This document shows positions 36,901 through 50,288 of a DNA stretch of 64,000 nucleotides, in pieces. Within the stretch, counting starts at the first letter, position 1, and each line of letters starts with the position of its first letter. The notes beneath the pieces are model-generated. The model saw only the letters and a list, made by a program, of their open reading frames with translations. It was not told where the DNA came from and did no database searches. The position numbers and the translations under genes are program-made. Origin of the DNA: Felis catus (Eukaryota); assembly GCF_018350175.1 (NCBI RefSeq), contig NC_058369.1:163308001-163372000 (forward strand), written 5' to 3'.

Positions 36901-39900
36901 TCAGCTAGGTTTCCTTTGCTACTGCATCATGATCTTAAGTGGGAATCCTTTCTTTATATGACGCATATAAATACGGTTAAGAGAAAAATACGGTCTTTAA
37001 TAAAGGTGTCGTATTTTAAATGGAAGAACCAGAAAGTTAAAAAACTTCACACATTTCAGGCTAAAAAAAAGAATCAAACCAAATGGTCTCCCCTAAAGGT
37101 GCTTACTACTTTTTCAATCTGGCCTTCACCCGACCTCGCGTCAGTTCATTTTCTCATTGCTTTAGCATCACTGCGGTTTCCGGGCACCCATTTCCTTTAG
37201 ATTGCTCAACTCCCCCTTCAGGACCTGCCCGTTCCCAACCCCATCCCTACCCCCTTACGTCTTTAATTCTTCTTCCAACCACACACAAGCATCGAGGTCC
37301 AGGTGGTTGGTGGGCTCGTCCAGCAGCAGCATGAAGGGCCGAATGAAGAGGGCTCTGAAGGACAGGAGAGGAGACAGAGCCCCTTCAGTCTAATGGGCGC
37401 TACACAGGAGGGGACTTGCCTGCTACCTGCAACCCTGGTCGGGCCTGGCTTGAGTCCTGACACCAATTCTAGGTTCTACACCTGAGAGGAAAGGGGAGAA
37501 TGAGGAGAGAAACGAGAGTTGAAGAGCTGAGATGAAAGGGCAGAAAACAGGGCTGAGAAGCAGAGGGATGGTGCAGTTTGAAGATAAGGTTGTAAAAGTC
37601 CTTACGAGTCTGCAGGTCTTTCACGCTGAAGTTGGTGACCGTCAGGAAGACAAAAGGATAGAGGAGATAAACTGCTAAAGCAAAATAGCATTCAAGTTAA
37701 ATCGATGGGGTTGCCAGCCTTTAGCAAGGAGGGCAAAAAATGTTCTTTTCTTAGATGGAATCTCAAGACAGGAGACGCAAGGGGACAGCACTGGTTCCCA
37801 CATCTGCAGTCACCGCACTGCAGAGCTTTTTAGAGATAAAATTTCTGGGCACCAAATTCCAGTATTCCAACCACAGAGATATGAAGAAGAGGCTAGGAAA
37901 TCTGTACCTCTGCAGCTCCCTAGATGAACGGAGGTGGCTAATCCTTGCACGTGGAACCACTGCTCTCGGCTCCAAAGCACACGCAGGCAGCTTTGCTAAA
38001 GCAGCAAGTGTCACCAATTCACTTGGCAGAGAACAGTGGCGTGAGGGAACCACCTACTTAACTGGGGACTTTCTGGGGGGACTGCTGGGGGAATGATGGT
38101 CTACACAAACTCACTTTGGGTCCAGCTCACAGGGAGATAAGGAAAGATCGCTTAACAGCTGTCTAATATTTTATCTTTATGCAGCAACAATTAGAAGGAC
38201 TGAAATACAAAAAAGGATAGGATGGGAGTCAGGAAGAAAGAAGAAATGGACCCAGTCTACCATTTTACCCAAGGCTGATCCTAGGATTCCTAAACACTGT
38301 GCCAGAGATCCAACAATAGTCACTTCAGCCAGGAGGCTCGCGCCTTAGCCCACGCATACCACCCCTCCTTCACACTGTTGATGTCGTGTCTCGTCTGGCA
38401 CTTACTGACCCCTGACCTCTGTTCTACACAGTTCCACTGGAGTGAGCATCCAACCCTGAAGGAAATGGGCAACTACAGAGGGTAGAGAAGGAGAAAGGAA
38501 CTCACCTGGCGAGGGCAACCCTCATTCTCCAGCCCCCACTGAAGTCTTTCAGCTTCTTGCGCTGNNNNNNNNNNNNNNNNNNNNNNNNNNNNNNNNNNNN
38601 NNNNNNNNNNNNNNNNNNNNNNNNNNNNNNNNNNNNNNNNNNNNNNNNNNNNNNNNNNNNNNNNNNNNNNNNNNNNNNNNNNNNNNNNNNNNNNNNCGTG
38701 AGGCTCCCCGGGCCTTTCCTGGGAGGAAGCCCACCCCCCGACCCCCCGTCCCAAGTCAGGAGCCCTACCATCCTCGTGAGCCAGCCGCTCAGCCTCCCTC
38801 TCCAGCATGGCCCGCTCCGTGTCGACTTCCATCACACACTGCAAGGGTGTCTTGTCACTAGGGGGCATTTCCCGAGTCAGATGGTAGATGTCAATGTGCT
38901 CGGGGATGGGCACTTCCCGTTTCCCAATAGCAGAGAGCAGCATGGACTTTCCTGAGAAGGGCAAGCAGAGAGTGGGCAGAGGACACTCGGCACAGTTCTG
39001 CCTGTCATTCCCCTGCATCAGCTCCTCCGCTCCAGCCAAACCACGACCTCACCATTTTGTGGAGCACCTTCCTTCCTCCCTTCCTTCCTTTCATTTGTTC
39101 AAATCCTACTACCAGTCACCCCCACCCCCCCGGGCTACCTTTCCAACCTTCCTCCAATTCTTGTCCCACCCCTCCTGCGTGAAGTCAGTTTGCCTACAGC
39201 GGCCTCGCACGCCACCATTCCTGCCCCTCCCGCCCACTTCTCCAGCACCTACTGTCTGTAACTGCTCACGTGTTACTTACCACACACTGCTCTGTACTGC
39301 TAGTTCCTTTTCCCTGGACATATGTGGTCTCCCACCCATACTGTAAACTCCTTGCTTTGCATATAGCTGGTGCTAAGTAAATACTTGCTGAGTGACAGAC
39401 GAGCCAAGGAGAGACACCTCCCACCTCGCCTTCCAAGGGCCTCACCAATTCCATTTAAGCCAATGAGGCCATAACGACGGCCTGAGTTTAATTCCAGTTT
39501 GGTGTCACTGAGCAGCTCTTGACCATGAAAGGTGAGGGAGAGGTTGATAATGTGGGCATCAGTACTGTTGGGGTGAGAGGCAAGGACACCGGTGACAGCG
39601 CGAGCAGCAGCTTTCTTCATCTCAAAGTCCTCTAGCTCCTTGGTCAGCAAATCCACTTCTGGAGACAGAAGAGAAGTTTGGGAATAAGACAGACCCTGCT
39701 CTCGCACTAAGTCACGTCCTACAGCATTCAGACAGTTCAGTCAGTAGAGAATCCGACTTTTAAACTGAGGGTCCAGGGTTCAAGTCCCTGTTTGGGCATT
39801 TGTAGCTTTTGCCCCTTACTCAGGTTACCAAATGTTGTCATATCAAGCCCGAAATGCTGAAAAAGGCATGCCCTGTAGGACCTGGTTCAAGATCGAGTGG

Positions 39901-42900
39901 AGGTGATTCACATGTTTCACAAGCTTTCAAGAGTGTACAGATCTGCCCTAACACCCTTCTTTCACGGACTACTTCTTACTTCACAACTTGTTCTTTTTTT
40001 TTTTTTTTTTTTTTAACTTTTCTAAGACCAGCGGCAAAACAGACTTTATTTCTGTTTAGCTACCTATTGCTGAAATGTGGAAGCCAGGCCTAAAGAGAAC
40101 ATACAAAAAAAATAGAAAATATTAGACAACATTTTCTGGCCCCTTTTCAGATTTCCTAAGATCATGTCATTTTCGCATTTTCTTCCCATAAACACGACCA
40201 ATTAAATCACAGCACAAAAGAGAAAAACATTGTGTCAAGGCAGGGCAATAACAAAACAAAATATCAGCTTTTTTAAGAAATGGAAATACACATACACAGG
40301 CAAATAGCCCATAATAAGCAAAAGGCTCAATAGAATCACAGCTTGCTCTTTTAATTCTAACCTCTCTTGTTCTTTTTTTTTTAAATATTTATTTTTGAGA
40401 GAGAGAGAGAGAGAGAGCGAGCGAGCACGAGTAGGGGAGGGCAGAGAGAGGGAGACAGAGGATCTGAAGTGGGCTCCACACTGACAGCAGAGAACCTGAG
40501 GTGGGGCTTGAACTCACAAATGCGAGATCATGACCTGAGACGAAGTCAGTTGCTCAACCAACCGAGCCACTTAGGGGCCCACTTCTCTTGTTCTTAAATG
40601 ACATAAACGCATGAGGGGAATGGCTAGAACTCTCAATTTTCCTCCATAAGTATGTGTTAAAGAATTAGTCCTAAAACCTAAAAGCAGACACTACAGAAGT
40701 GCCATTCTCTTATTCCATGACCTACTGGAATTCCATACTCCAGATATACTTCNNNNNNNNNNNNNNNNNNNNNNNNNNNNNNNNNNNNNNNNNNNNNNNN
40801 NNNNNNNNNNNNNNNNNNNNNNNNNNNNNNNNNNNNNNNNNNNNNNNNNNNNNNNNNNNNNNNNNNNNNNNNNNNNNNNNNNNNNNNNNNNNNNNNNNNN
40901 NNNNNNNNNNNNNNNNNNNNNNNNNNNNNNNNNNNNNNNNNNNNNNNNNNNNNNNNNNNNNNNNNNNNNNNNTCCACGCTGTCAGTGCAGAGCCCGAGTT
41001 CAGAGCCAAATGCAGGGCTCGAATTCATGAACCATGAGATCATGACATAAGCTGAAATCAAGAGTCAGATGTTTAACCACCTGAGCCACCCAGGTGCCTC
41101 CAGATATACTTCTGAGCAGCACAGAAGGGACCAGTGTGAGAAAATGCACAAAGGGATCAACACAGGCAGAGCCACGGCTGGGAAAACCAGGCGCTCCCAA
41201 ATCTGGAGGGTTTAAAAGATGCAAACTGACCATGAGCTGTTATGCCTTGGTGGTTTTTCAGGCATCACTACATCTTAAGCCTGGGAAGAACTATCACTAT
41301 TAATGGCTAAAAATGTTGAGTTTACTCTGTGCTACACCATCGTTCTCCATCTATCTTAATCCTTACAACACGTAGGAGATACACACTGACAATCCCGGTT
41401 CTATAAGTGAAAAAGCCAAGTAACACAGCAAAGGTCGAAAAGGCTAGTTAGCGACAGAGCCAGAACTTGAACCAGGTGACCTTAACTATGTCACTATACT
41501 ACCTTTCCATAAAGAAAAGTGCCCATAAAGTATTACTGAAAGTGGGACAGAAATGGGGGTGGAAGGAGTCCCGGTAAGCTTCTTCGAAAAGAGTAAGGCA
41601 ATTTATGTACGTTTTACGGAGACAGTCAGAAACTACACATGAGGTTCCACTACTATGAGAATGTGCTGATTTTTTAAAATTTTAATGTTTATTCACTTTT
41701 TTGTGTGAATGTATTGTCAGATTGGTTTCCATACAACACCCAGTGCTCATCCCAACAGGTGCCCTCCTCAGCGAATCTGCTGATTTTTTAGTCTTTGTTA
41801 CCCTTACCTATGTTCCCTTAGTGACTTCACAGAATCCTTGGAATGAGAAGAATGTGTGCTTGTCCACAGGAAAAATAAAGACAGGGTAGGGGGTGAAGAC
41901 AGCTGTCTCCTGGGGGAGAGCAACTCCACGGGAGAGGGTGTGTGGTGGTTAGTCACAGGTCTGAATACCTGAATACCCCATCCTGTGAGGTGATTACGAG
42001 CTGGTGCTAAACCTGCTCTGCCTTCAAGGAGCCAACACTTGGGCAGGGGCTGCCCCACTAGACAGCTGGCAGGCACTCTGTCCGCAGCTCTGGGTACCGT
42101 GTTAGAAATAAGTGCTTGATGAGTACTTTTTGAATGGAGATCAAAGTTTTTGTTTTGACTCGCATGAAGGAATTTTCAGTCTCTTTTCTACACGGTTGAG
42201 TTACCAGACTTCCCACAACTCCGATTCTTGCCAATCCCTATTCCGGATGCTGAGAAGACAGAGTAGGAAGAAGTTTATGATCTAGATCAGGAGTTGGTAA
42301 ACTTTTTCGTGAAGGGCCAGATGCTAAATATTTTAGGGTTTATGAGCCAAGTGGCCAAATCAAGATATGTGAAATGTAACCACTTTAAAAATGTAGAAAG
42401 CCATTCTTAGCTTGGGGTTGGGATGGAGGTTAAAAAAAAAAAGGCTGGCCAGATTTGGCCAACAGCATGTCTTTATAAAGTTCTATTGAAACACAGCCAC
42501 ACTCATCATTTACATAGTGTCTAAGGCTGCTTTCACTACAATGGCAGAACTGAACAGCTGCAACAGAAACCATATAGCTCACGAAGCTACAAATATTTAT
42601 TATCTGGATCTTTACAGAAAGTTTGCCGACCCCTAGTCTAGATCTCCGTCTGCTCAGGCAAGAGGAAGATCAAAACTAAGGGAAAGCTAATATACCATTT
42701 TCTCTTGATCTCTTCAAGTTGACAGCATCTATGACCTAAGTCATCTCCTAAGCTTCAAAAGAAGGAGACTTAAACATGGGGCGCCTGGGTGGCTCAGTCG
42801 GTTGAGCGTCCGACTTCGGCTCGGGTCATGATCTCACGGTCTGTGAGTTCGAGCCCCGCGTCGGGCTCTGTGCTGACAGCTCGGAGCCTGGAGCCTGCTT

Positions 42901-45576
42901 CAGATTCTGTGTCTCCCTCTCTGTCTGACCCTCCGCTGTTCATGCTCTGTCTCTCTGTCTCAAAAATAAATAAACATTAAAAAAATTAAAAAAAAAAAAA
43001 AAAAAAGAAGGAGACTTAAACAGACCTCATTTTCCTGGCCTACAGCATCCCAGAAAACACTTGTCACTTAAAGACAAATGAACAGCACTGAATAAATGGA
43101 AAAGGGATTTTGAAAGAAACTTCATCACGGAGAATATCGTAGACTTCACAAGAAGTCTCTTTCTACTTACTCCCCAACAAGAGGACCAGCTGAACTCCAG
43201 TGCCTGTCTTGACGAGTCTCACATTCTAAAGAAGGTTAATCTGTCAAAAGTCACTTTCTTTGATACACATCTCGATCTTTCCATACCTTACTACCTAAGG
43301 AAGACTGTGTGGCAGTGGCCATCAGTAAAGGTTGGAGAACGGTAACCTGTAGCATCACGTAATCTCAAACTCAGGAGAGAGGACCCAATCTTGGGAGAGG
43401 AAGCAGAAATGACACAGGTCCCTGGCAATAAGAAATGTTTTGAGGGGCGCCTGGGTGGCTCAGTCGGTTGAGCATCTGACCCTTGATTTCGGCTCAGGTC
43501 ACGATCCCAGGGTCGTGGGATCGAGCCCCACATTGGGTTCTGTGCTGAACATGGAACCTACTTAAGATACTCTCTCTCTCCCTTCCTCTACCCCTCTCCT
43601 CCACTCATGCTAATAAAAAATTGAAAAACTGAAAGACAGAAAAAAGTTTTGAGAGGGCTGGAAAGAAAACAAAGGTCACATTTCAGAACAGTAGCTCCCT
43701 GAGGAAGCAAGGTAAAAAAAAAAAAAAACCAAAGATCTATTACTGAGATGGGGATTCCACAGCTGGGTTCCCTGAAAAATCCCATTTTCCAAGGAGCAAA
43801 GAAAGGTAAACAAGACATCTGTGATGAGAACAGTGGACAATAGTCTCAAGAGGGATTCACTTTGCCACCTTTCCAATTCAGCCAGAATAACTGATGACAT
43901 ACCTATAGAGCTGATGACAGACATTGCTTAACCGTGGTTCCTGAGGGCCTAGACAGGACCGAGCCTCTCTAAAATAGAGGTCACAACTCAGCCTGCTCAT
44001 CCACACTCCCGTTATTCTCAACTTGGCAATCCCCCACTACTCCAGCCAGGAATAAAATTTCCCCATGGCCTGACCTTACTGAACCAGCTTTCTCCCATAA
44101 TTCTTATTTTGGAGACAATTCCTACCACTCAGCTCTCTCTCAATCACTTTTAACTCCCCCTTTTCTGAATTCCTATCTGTTATGACTTGTATTAGTAATT
44201 CCGCTCTCCTCTTCAAACATTTACATAGTATCTCAGTCTGCAAGGTTAGTCCTATCACCCAGGACACATGGTCTCTGCACTCAAAGACTAAACAATGTAA
44301 AGAAACACAAGAGACAACATAAAAAGTAACACCATTGGGGCACCTGCATGGCTCAGTCGGTTAAGCTTCCGACTTCGGCTCGGGTCATGATCTCACGGTC
44401 CGTGAGTTCAAGCCCCGCGTCGGGCTCTGTGCTGACGGCTCAGAGCCTGGAGCCCATTTCAGATTCTGTGTCTCCCTCTCTCTCTGCCCCTCCCCTGTTC
44501 ATGCTCTGTCTCTCTCTGTCTCAAAAATAAATAGACGTTAAAAAAAAAAAAAAAGTAACACCATTAAGACAGCATGGGGGTATAGTGAATGGTACTACTT
44601 TAAAGGTCAGGTTTGATGGGGGAAAGGTTTTGCTATCCTGAGCTAGGCCCTAAGAAAAATGTCAAATGTAGCTACTCGCACAAAAATCGTGGCATTAGAA
44701 GTTTAGTGTAAAGGGACAAAAATGTGACTAGTGAAGGGACAGTAACAGTCCGGATGGAGCGGGTCTGTTCAGGGAATCTTCAGAGGGACAGAAAAGGAGG
44801 CTGGGAACAGACGGTCAAGGGCCTGGAAAATTCTGTATCACACACTGCCACGTTTCCTTAGCTGGACCGTAAGTCAGCAGATGGTTCATCCTGCGTCGGC
44901 ACGGAGCGCGGTGCCCAGCACTTGAGAGGTGCTCCATAAATATTTCCCCAAATATAAACAACAGGAAAGCATCTCTTTGCTAGGAAAACTCCATGAAACA
45001 GTTGCTACGTTTCTCTCTTGGGACAGTCACTACCCCTGGAAGGACAGAGGTACAACGTGGCAAAGAACCTGGCGCACTGACCACCGTGTGCACAAATGCA
45101 GGAAACTGAGAAAGGGGCAAGGAAATGACCTCCTGCTCCCAGTGCAGCGCCCGGAGCAGCAAGGCAGCACAACACCCATAGATGTGTTTGCCACTAGCTA
45201 CGTGAGAACCTCGTGTCCAGCCTCCCTGATCAACAACTAGAAGGCACCAGCTGCCACTCTAATTGGTTCGGTTCACTGTGACAAGTTCTGCGGCACCAGA
45301 CTTATCCTCCAGGGCCGCCAGCGTCAGGACTCTGGCTCGGGCGTGGGGATCCATCCATCCATCCATCCATCCATCCATCCATCCATCCATCCCAGGAGCC
45401 CACCTCTCCCTCCATTCACCTGTGGCCTCTCGGCCATTGGCCTCATTTTTCTCCTCTGCCACCTGTGGTTCTGTGACAGAGTCTCCGTTCTCTTCGTGGC
45501 CCTTCCTGGGCCGCTGTCGCGCTTTGGCAGCTTCCTTCTTTTTGGCCGCCTTCTTCTTGGCCAGGTCAGAGGGCAT
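31284..45576 (-). CDS. ABCF2: ATP-binding cassette subfamily F member 2 (~624 aa)
   Basis: Coding exons 45420-45576 ([14 protein letters not shown]), 39446-39658, 38769-38951, 38506-~38677 (5' part in Ns), 37259-37354, 36326-36428, 35041-35136, 34750-34869, 34575-34664, 34104-34214, 33365-33427, 33036-~33164 (5' part in Ns), 32128-32331, 31284-31421. Two ABC cassettes: GLNGIGKS / FSGGW / [11 protein letters not shown] and GPNGAGKST / LSDGQ / [11 protein letters not shown]; no transmembrane segments. Confidence 0.97.
33836..33901. repeat. Compound (CT)n(CA)n microsatellite
   Basis: Perfect dinucleotide runs. Confidence 0.95.
39726..39798 (+). pseudogene. Decayed tRNA-Lys(TTT) copy in ABCF2 intron 2
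   Basis: 73 nt colinear with mammalian tRNA-Lys-TTT (…GACTTTTAAACTGAGGGTCCAGGGTTCAAGTCCCTG…), ~12 substitutions. B box intact; A box, acceptor stem and anticodon stem damaged. Confidence 0.85.
40374..40580 (-). mobile_element. Can-SINE
   Basis: Typical consensus; TSD TCTCTTGTTCTT. Confidence 0.9.
40753..41098 (-). mobile_element. Can-SINE (tail partly under Ns)
   Basis: Head visible 40973-41098; TSD TCCAGATATACTTC on both sides. Confidence 0.8.
41676..41772 (-). mobile_element. Extremely 5'-truncated carnivore L1 (3' UTR end)
   Basis: ATTGGTTTCCATACAACACCCAGTGCTCATCCCAACAGGTGCCCTCCT plus T-rich tail; TSD GAAT(G/C)TGCTGATTTTTT. Confidence 0.7.
42288..42635. mobile_element. MER58-like hAT DNA transposon
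   Basis: TIRs CAGGAGTTGGTAAACT / AGTTTGCCGACCCCTA; 8-bp TSD (A/G)TCTAGAT. Confidence 0.75.
42778..43006 (+). mobile_element. Young Can-SINE (SINEC_Fc-like)
   Basis: Near-consensus with long polyA; TSD AAAAGAAGGAGACTTAAACA. Confidence 0.92.
43444..43622 (+). mobile_element. Can-SINE (older subfamily)
   Basis: GGGGCGCCTGGGTGGCTCAG head with A-rich tail. Confidence 0.85.
44337..44554 (+). mobile_element. Can-SINE (SINEC_Fc-like)
   Basis: TSD AAAAGTAACACCATT. Confidence 0.92.
45349..45391. repeat. (ATCC)n tetranucleotide microsatellite
   Basis: ~10 perfect units ~30 nt from the ABCF2 exon 2 donor. Confidence 0.95.
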
Positions 45577-45699
45577 GGTGATGAACCACAGGGGGTACGA
45601 AACTGTTCTTAGGGAGCCTGCAGGGAGGCAAACAGCCCCAAAAGTCTCAACTGGCGACGGAATGCCTGGGCCCTGCCCCATCCCGCTCGGGAATTTTCC

Positions 45700-46900
45700 C
45701 ATCGAGCTGCCGAGCCCCAGCTCCGCCCATGCCTCGCCGCTCCCCATTTTGCCGGGGTCTCCCAAGCCAATTCTGGTCCCCGGCCGCTCTTCTAATCTTA
45801 ACATCTCTTCCCTCAGGCTCCGTCCACCAATCCCCACGGGCTGCCTCGCTCTGGAAACGCTCCTCCTTTCACGGCCTCCAGTCAAGGACCAGGCTCTGCC
45901 CCCGCGGCAGAGATCCCCGTCTCCGGTTTCCCCACAACTTGGCGCTCCGCGCTCCGGCCGGCCGCCTCGCTTTGCCGGGCTTCCTCCTCCCGTCCGCCTC
46001 AGGCCTCCTCTCCGTCGTTCCCCCCTCCACACCACCTAGCCGTCGGGCCCAGCTTCTTCCCGGGACGCGCTCGGCTTCCCCTCGTGAGTCCCCTCAGGGT
46101 CTCCTCACTCACCATCCCCTGAACCTCCCCCGGCCCCCGCCCGTCAGCGTCTCTCCCTCGGCCCTTTCTTCTCCTTCGCAGCCTCCTCCATCTCGACCCC
46201 GTCCCTCCTCCTTCTCTCCTTCCCTCCCCCGCCTCACCGGCCGGCACCCTCCCCCCGGCGCCCCTTCCCCCAACTCACTGGGCCTCGCCGCTCGGCCTCT
46301 GTCGCAACAGAGCTGCTCCTCGGGCTCCGCCGCGTGCGGCCGGCTCACCAGCCAATCACGGCATCGCGCGGCTGTCGGCGCGCCGCCGCGCAGGATCCTG
46401 GGAAGTGTTGTTCTCCAGTCGCGGCGGCCGGGGGGGAGACCCCTCCTCGAGAACTACCGCCTGTGGCAGGGGCCTCCCCGGCCCGCGTGATGTCATCAGG
46501 CGGCGCGAGGCCGGCGGGGGGAGGGGGAGCGGGATTAGTGTCCGGGAACCCGCAGCCAGCCTGCCCGCTTCGGGCCCTGGAAACTGCAACTCCCAGACTG
46601 CTCCTCCGGTAAGGGGCTGGGCCTTCCAGGCTTTACCCCACCTCTCGAAAATCTGTCGAGTTCTGTGGAGGCACTGAGCTCTTAGGGCCGCACAGCCGGC
46701 CCAAACAGCAGGGCGACGGACTACACTTCCCAGCAGGCATCAGGCGGGAGTGGGTCGAAACAATGGGAGAGAAGAGGAGGGAGGTGGAGGGAGAAGGAGG
46801 AAGAGTGAAGCGGCTGGGAAGACGCGGCCCGAATAGGAGGCGCATCACTACGAAGATGATGCGAAGAACAGAAATCCCTGAAAGAAAGGCGTCCTCGTTT
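45700..46900. promoter_or_regulatory. ABCF2 CpG-island promoter with a CCAAT box and three ZNF143/SBS-type motifs
   Basis: High CpG density; GCCAATCA at 46351; ACTACA-nn-TCCCAG-like motifs at 46398-46411 (-), 46583-46596 (+) and 46720-46739 (+). Confidence 0.75.
46279..46345 (-). other. ABCF2: ABCF2 non-coding first exon (5' end approximate)
   Basis: Donor CCCA|GTGAGT at 46279/46278 inside a CpG island; matching acceptor CTGCAG before 45617. Confidence 0.65.
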
Positions 46901-47625
46901 TTTGGAACTGAGATCTTAGAGGCTGGTCTAGTGTTAGCCAAACTTTTAGAAGGTGCCGAACGTTCTTCCTGAACGTTGGCCGCTTAGCCTACACTCTCTA
47001 GAATTGTTAGATTCCCATCAGAGCCGTGTAAGTCTGGTGGTAAGAGCTCTGAAGTTAGAAAAAAAAAAAAAAGACCCATTTCCTGAGTTCAGCGGTATCA
47101 TTGGTTAGACGTGTAACCTTGCCCGTTAGTTTTCTTTTGAGTCTTACTGTTTAAAATCCCTCAGACTTCTCACCTACATTGTAACCCCCAAATTTGTAGC
47201 CTCAAATACAAGGCAGGCCCTTTGTGACTGACCCTGTTACTTCTCCAGGCTTCTGAGCAGCGGTGCTTCACCATCAGTGACACAGCTGGAGGGAGGCAAA
47301 ATGAAGCTTTTACTCCTTTGGAGCACATTCTCCAAATTGCCCTACCCGAGTTAAAAAACAAAAACAAAAAAACTCACTCCTCTCTCCAGAGAACTAGTTT
47401 TCCTCTTCAAACTTGATGCTTCAGTAGAATCTACTTGTATTTGAAGTAAGCCTTGCCATTTCATACCTTCATGCCTTTGAGCATAGCTTTTTCTGCAAGA
47501 CCCTCCACCAATTAAGTGCCCACTGTGTGTTAGGCTCAGAGCTAGATGCTGGAGTTGCAATGGAAACAGGTTATTCCCTGACCTCAGGGAGCTCACGATT
47601 AAGAAGGAACATTGAAAGAGTAAAT

Positions 47626-47830
47626 GGGTGCCTCGGTGGCTCAGCTGGTTAAGCGTTGGACTCTTGATTTTGGCTGAGGTCATGATCTCGTAGTTTGTGA
47701 GATTGAGCCCCATGTCTGGCTCTGTGCTGTCAGCACATAGCCTGCTTAGGATTCTTTCCCTCTGCCCCTCCCTGGTGCACGAGCTCTATCGATCTCTCTC
47801 TCTCAAAATAAATATACACTTAAAAAATAT
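47626..47830 (+). mobile_element. Can-SINE
   Basis: Typical head and tail; TSD AAAGAGTAAA. Confidence 0.85.
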
Positions 47831-49289
47831 TTAAAGAGTAAACAGTCCATGACATTCAGGTGATAAGTGCCATAAAAGAAGTGACTTATGCATGCTGTTC
47901 GAGTATGTAGGTGGGGCTCACTTGACATAGCATAACTAAGACCATGAATTCTGGGGGCAGACTGCCTTCATTCAGACCTCTCCTCTATCATTTACAGCGT
48001 GTGACCTGGGGCAAAATACACCCTCCTCTGTAAAATAGGAATGATGATAGTACTTACCTCATACAGTTGTTAGATTAGAGTTTAATTTTTGTTAATTGGC
48101 TAATTATTACTTAGCTGGAGTTCTGCTAGCTGAACTCTGCTACTAGTAGAATCCTTACCTAAGTATGCACTAGATATTTATTTAATATATTTAACAAATA
48201 TTAAACACCTACTATGGGCGAGAACATTGTTTTAGGTAAAGAATATAGACAATAGTTAACTGACTGCAAAGCCTTTCTTTATGGAGCAAAGAAATTATAT
48301 ATGGTTGTGGATCACATAAAATCATTCATCCAAGCACCTAGCCTCCTGGGAGCACTGTTGACCATATGCCTCCCCCTCCCAGCCTCATTAAAACACGTGG
48401 TTACAAGCAGGTTAGAGGTTACAGAGAACTAACATTTATTATGCTCTTACATCTATGCTATCCCATTTAATCCCCCCAATTAATTCTGAGGTGGGTATTA
48501 TTACCATTTTGCAGATTAGAAATGAAAGCACAGAGCTGTTAATAAAACAACACTGCTGGTAGGAGACAGTACCAGGATTTAAGGCTGGAATCTTCTGGTC
48601 CCAGAAATTCAGCTTTGTAAAATGGCTTAGGCTGGCCAGAGAAAGACAAACTAGCTACTTCTCTGAAGCCACCTGCATAGCAACCAATCACATCCATGAT
48701 TTCCCATTATCAACAGTTGCTGGGCAGAGTCTCCCCCGGCACAGCAAGAGTGGCTTAGAAAAATTATTGGCCACTTAGGAGGAGTTCTGCCATTCCCATG
48801 GAAGGGCTGGATCTCTTTCAGGGAACAGACCTGGGGATGGGTGGGGGGAAATTGGGAAAATGGGAGGGAGAGTCAGAGAGAGATGTGGGTAGAGAGGAGA
48901 AAAGAAGAACTGCCAAGGATGAAATATCACGGAAGGTCAGTGCTGGAAGCAAAAACATTTGGTCAGACTCTCTCTAAAATATGAAGAAACAGGGGTACGT
49001 GCTGGCTCTGTTTATGGAATGTGCAACTCTTGATCTTGAGGTCATGAGTTCAAACTCCATATTGGGTGTAGAGCCTGCTTAAAAAAATTAAAAAAATAAA
49101 CTATGAAGAAACTGAGACCCAACGAAGGAAATATCTCATCCAGAACTACCTAGAAACTTAGTAACTGAGAAGGGTCTGGAACTATGTTGTTCAATGTGTT
49201 AGACAGTAGCCACGTGTAGCTATGGAGCACTTGAAATGTGACTAGTCTGAATTGAGATGTTCTATAAGTGTAAAATGATCATTAATTTC

Positions 49290-50241
49290 AAAGAGCGTGC
49301 GTGGATACAAAGGAGGCAAGGATATGCAGTGGGGAAAAGACTGTCTCCAACAAATGGTGTTGGGAAAAGTGGAANNNNNNNNNNNNNNNNNNNNNNNNNN
49401 NNNNNNNNNNNNNNNNNNNNNNNNNNNNNNNNNNNNNNNNNNNNNNNNNNNNNNNNNNNNNNNNNNNNNNNNNNNNNNNNNNNNNNNNNNNNNNNNNNNN
49501 NNNNNNNNNNNNNNNNNNNNNNNNNNNTGACATTAGCCATAGAAACATTTCTCTGGATAGGTCTCTTTCAGCAAGAGAAAGAAAAAGCAAAACTAAACAA
49601 TTGAGACTATATCAAAATAAAAAGATTCTGCACAGCAAAGGAAACCATAAACAAAACAAAAGACAACCCACCGAATGAGAGAAGATATTTGTAAATGATA
49701 TATCCAATAAGGGGTTAGTGTCCAAAATATATAAAGAACTTACAAAACTCAACACCAAAAAAACCCCAAATCCAATTTTAAAAATGGGCAGAAGACACGA
49801 GCAGATATTTTCGCAAAGAAAATGGCCAGCAGACACATGAAAAGATGCTTAACATCGCTAATCATCAGGGAAATTCAAATCAAAACCACAATGCGATATC
49901 ACCTCCCATTTGTCAGAATGCCTAAAATCAAAAGGATAAAAAACAACAAATGTTGGTGAGGATGTGGAGAAAAAGGGATCCTCATGCACTGTTGATGGCA
50001 ATGCAAACTGGTGCAGCCACTCTGGAAAACAGTATGGAGGTTCCTCAAAACATTAGAAATAGAATTACCATATGATTTAATAATTCCACTATTGGGTATT
50101 TACCTAAGGAAAATGAAAACCCTAATTTGAAAAGATACATGCACCTCTATGTTTACTGCAACATTATTTACAATAGCCAAGTTATGGAAGCAATGCCAAG
50201 TACCCATTGATAAATGGATGGGTAAAGAAAATGTGATATGT

Positions 50242-50288
<47 letters not shown>

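Noticed and set aside
45259-46490. 253-258-aa ORFs on both strands at the ABCF2 5' end
   Set aside because: Stop-poor CpG island plus the (ATCC)n repeat; only 45420-45576 is real ABCF2 coding sequence.
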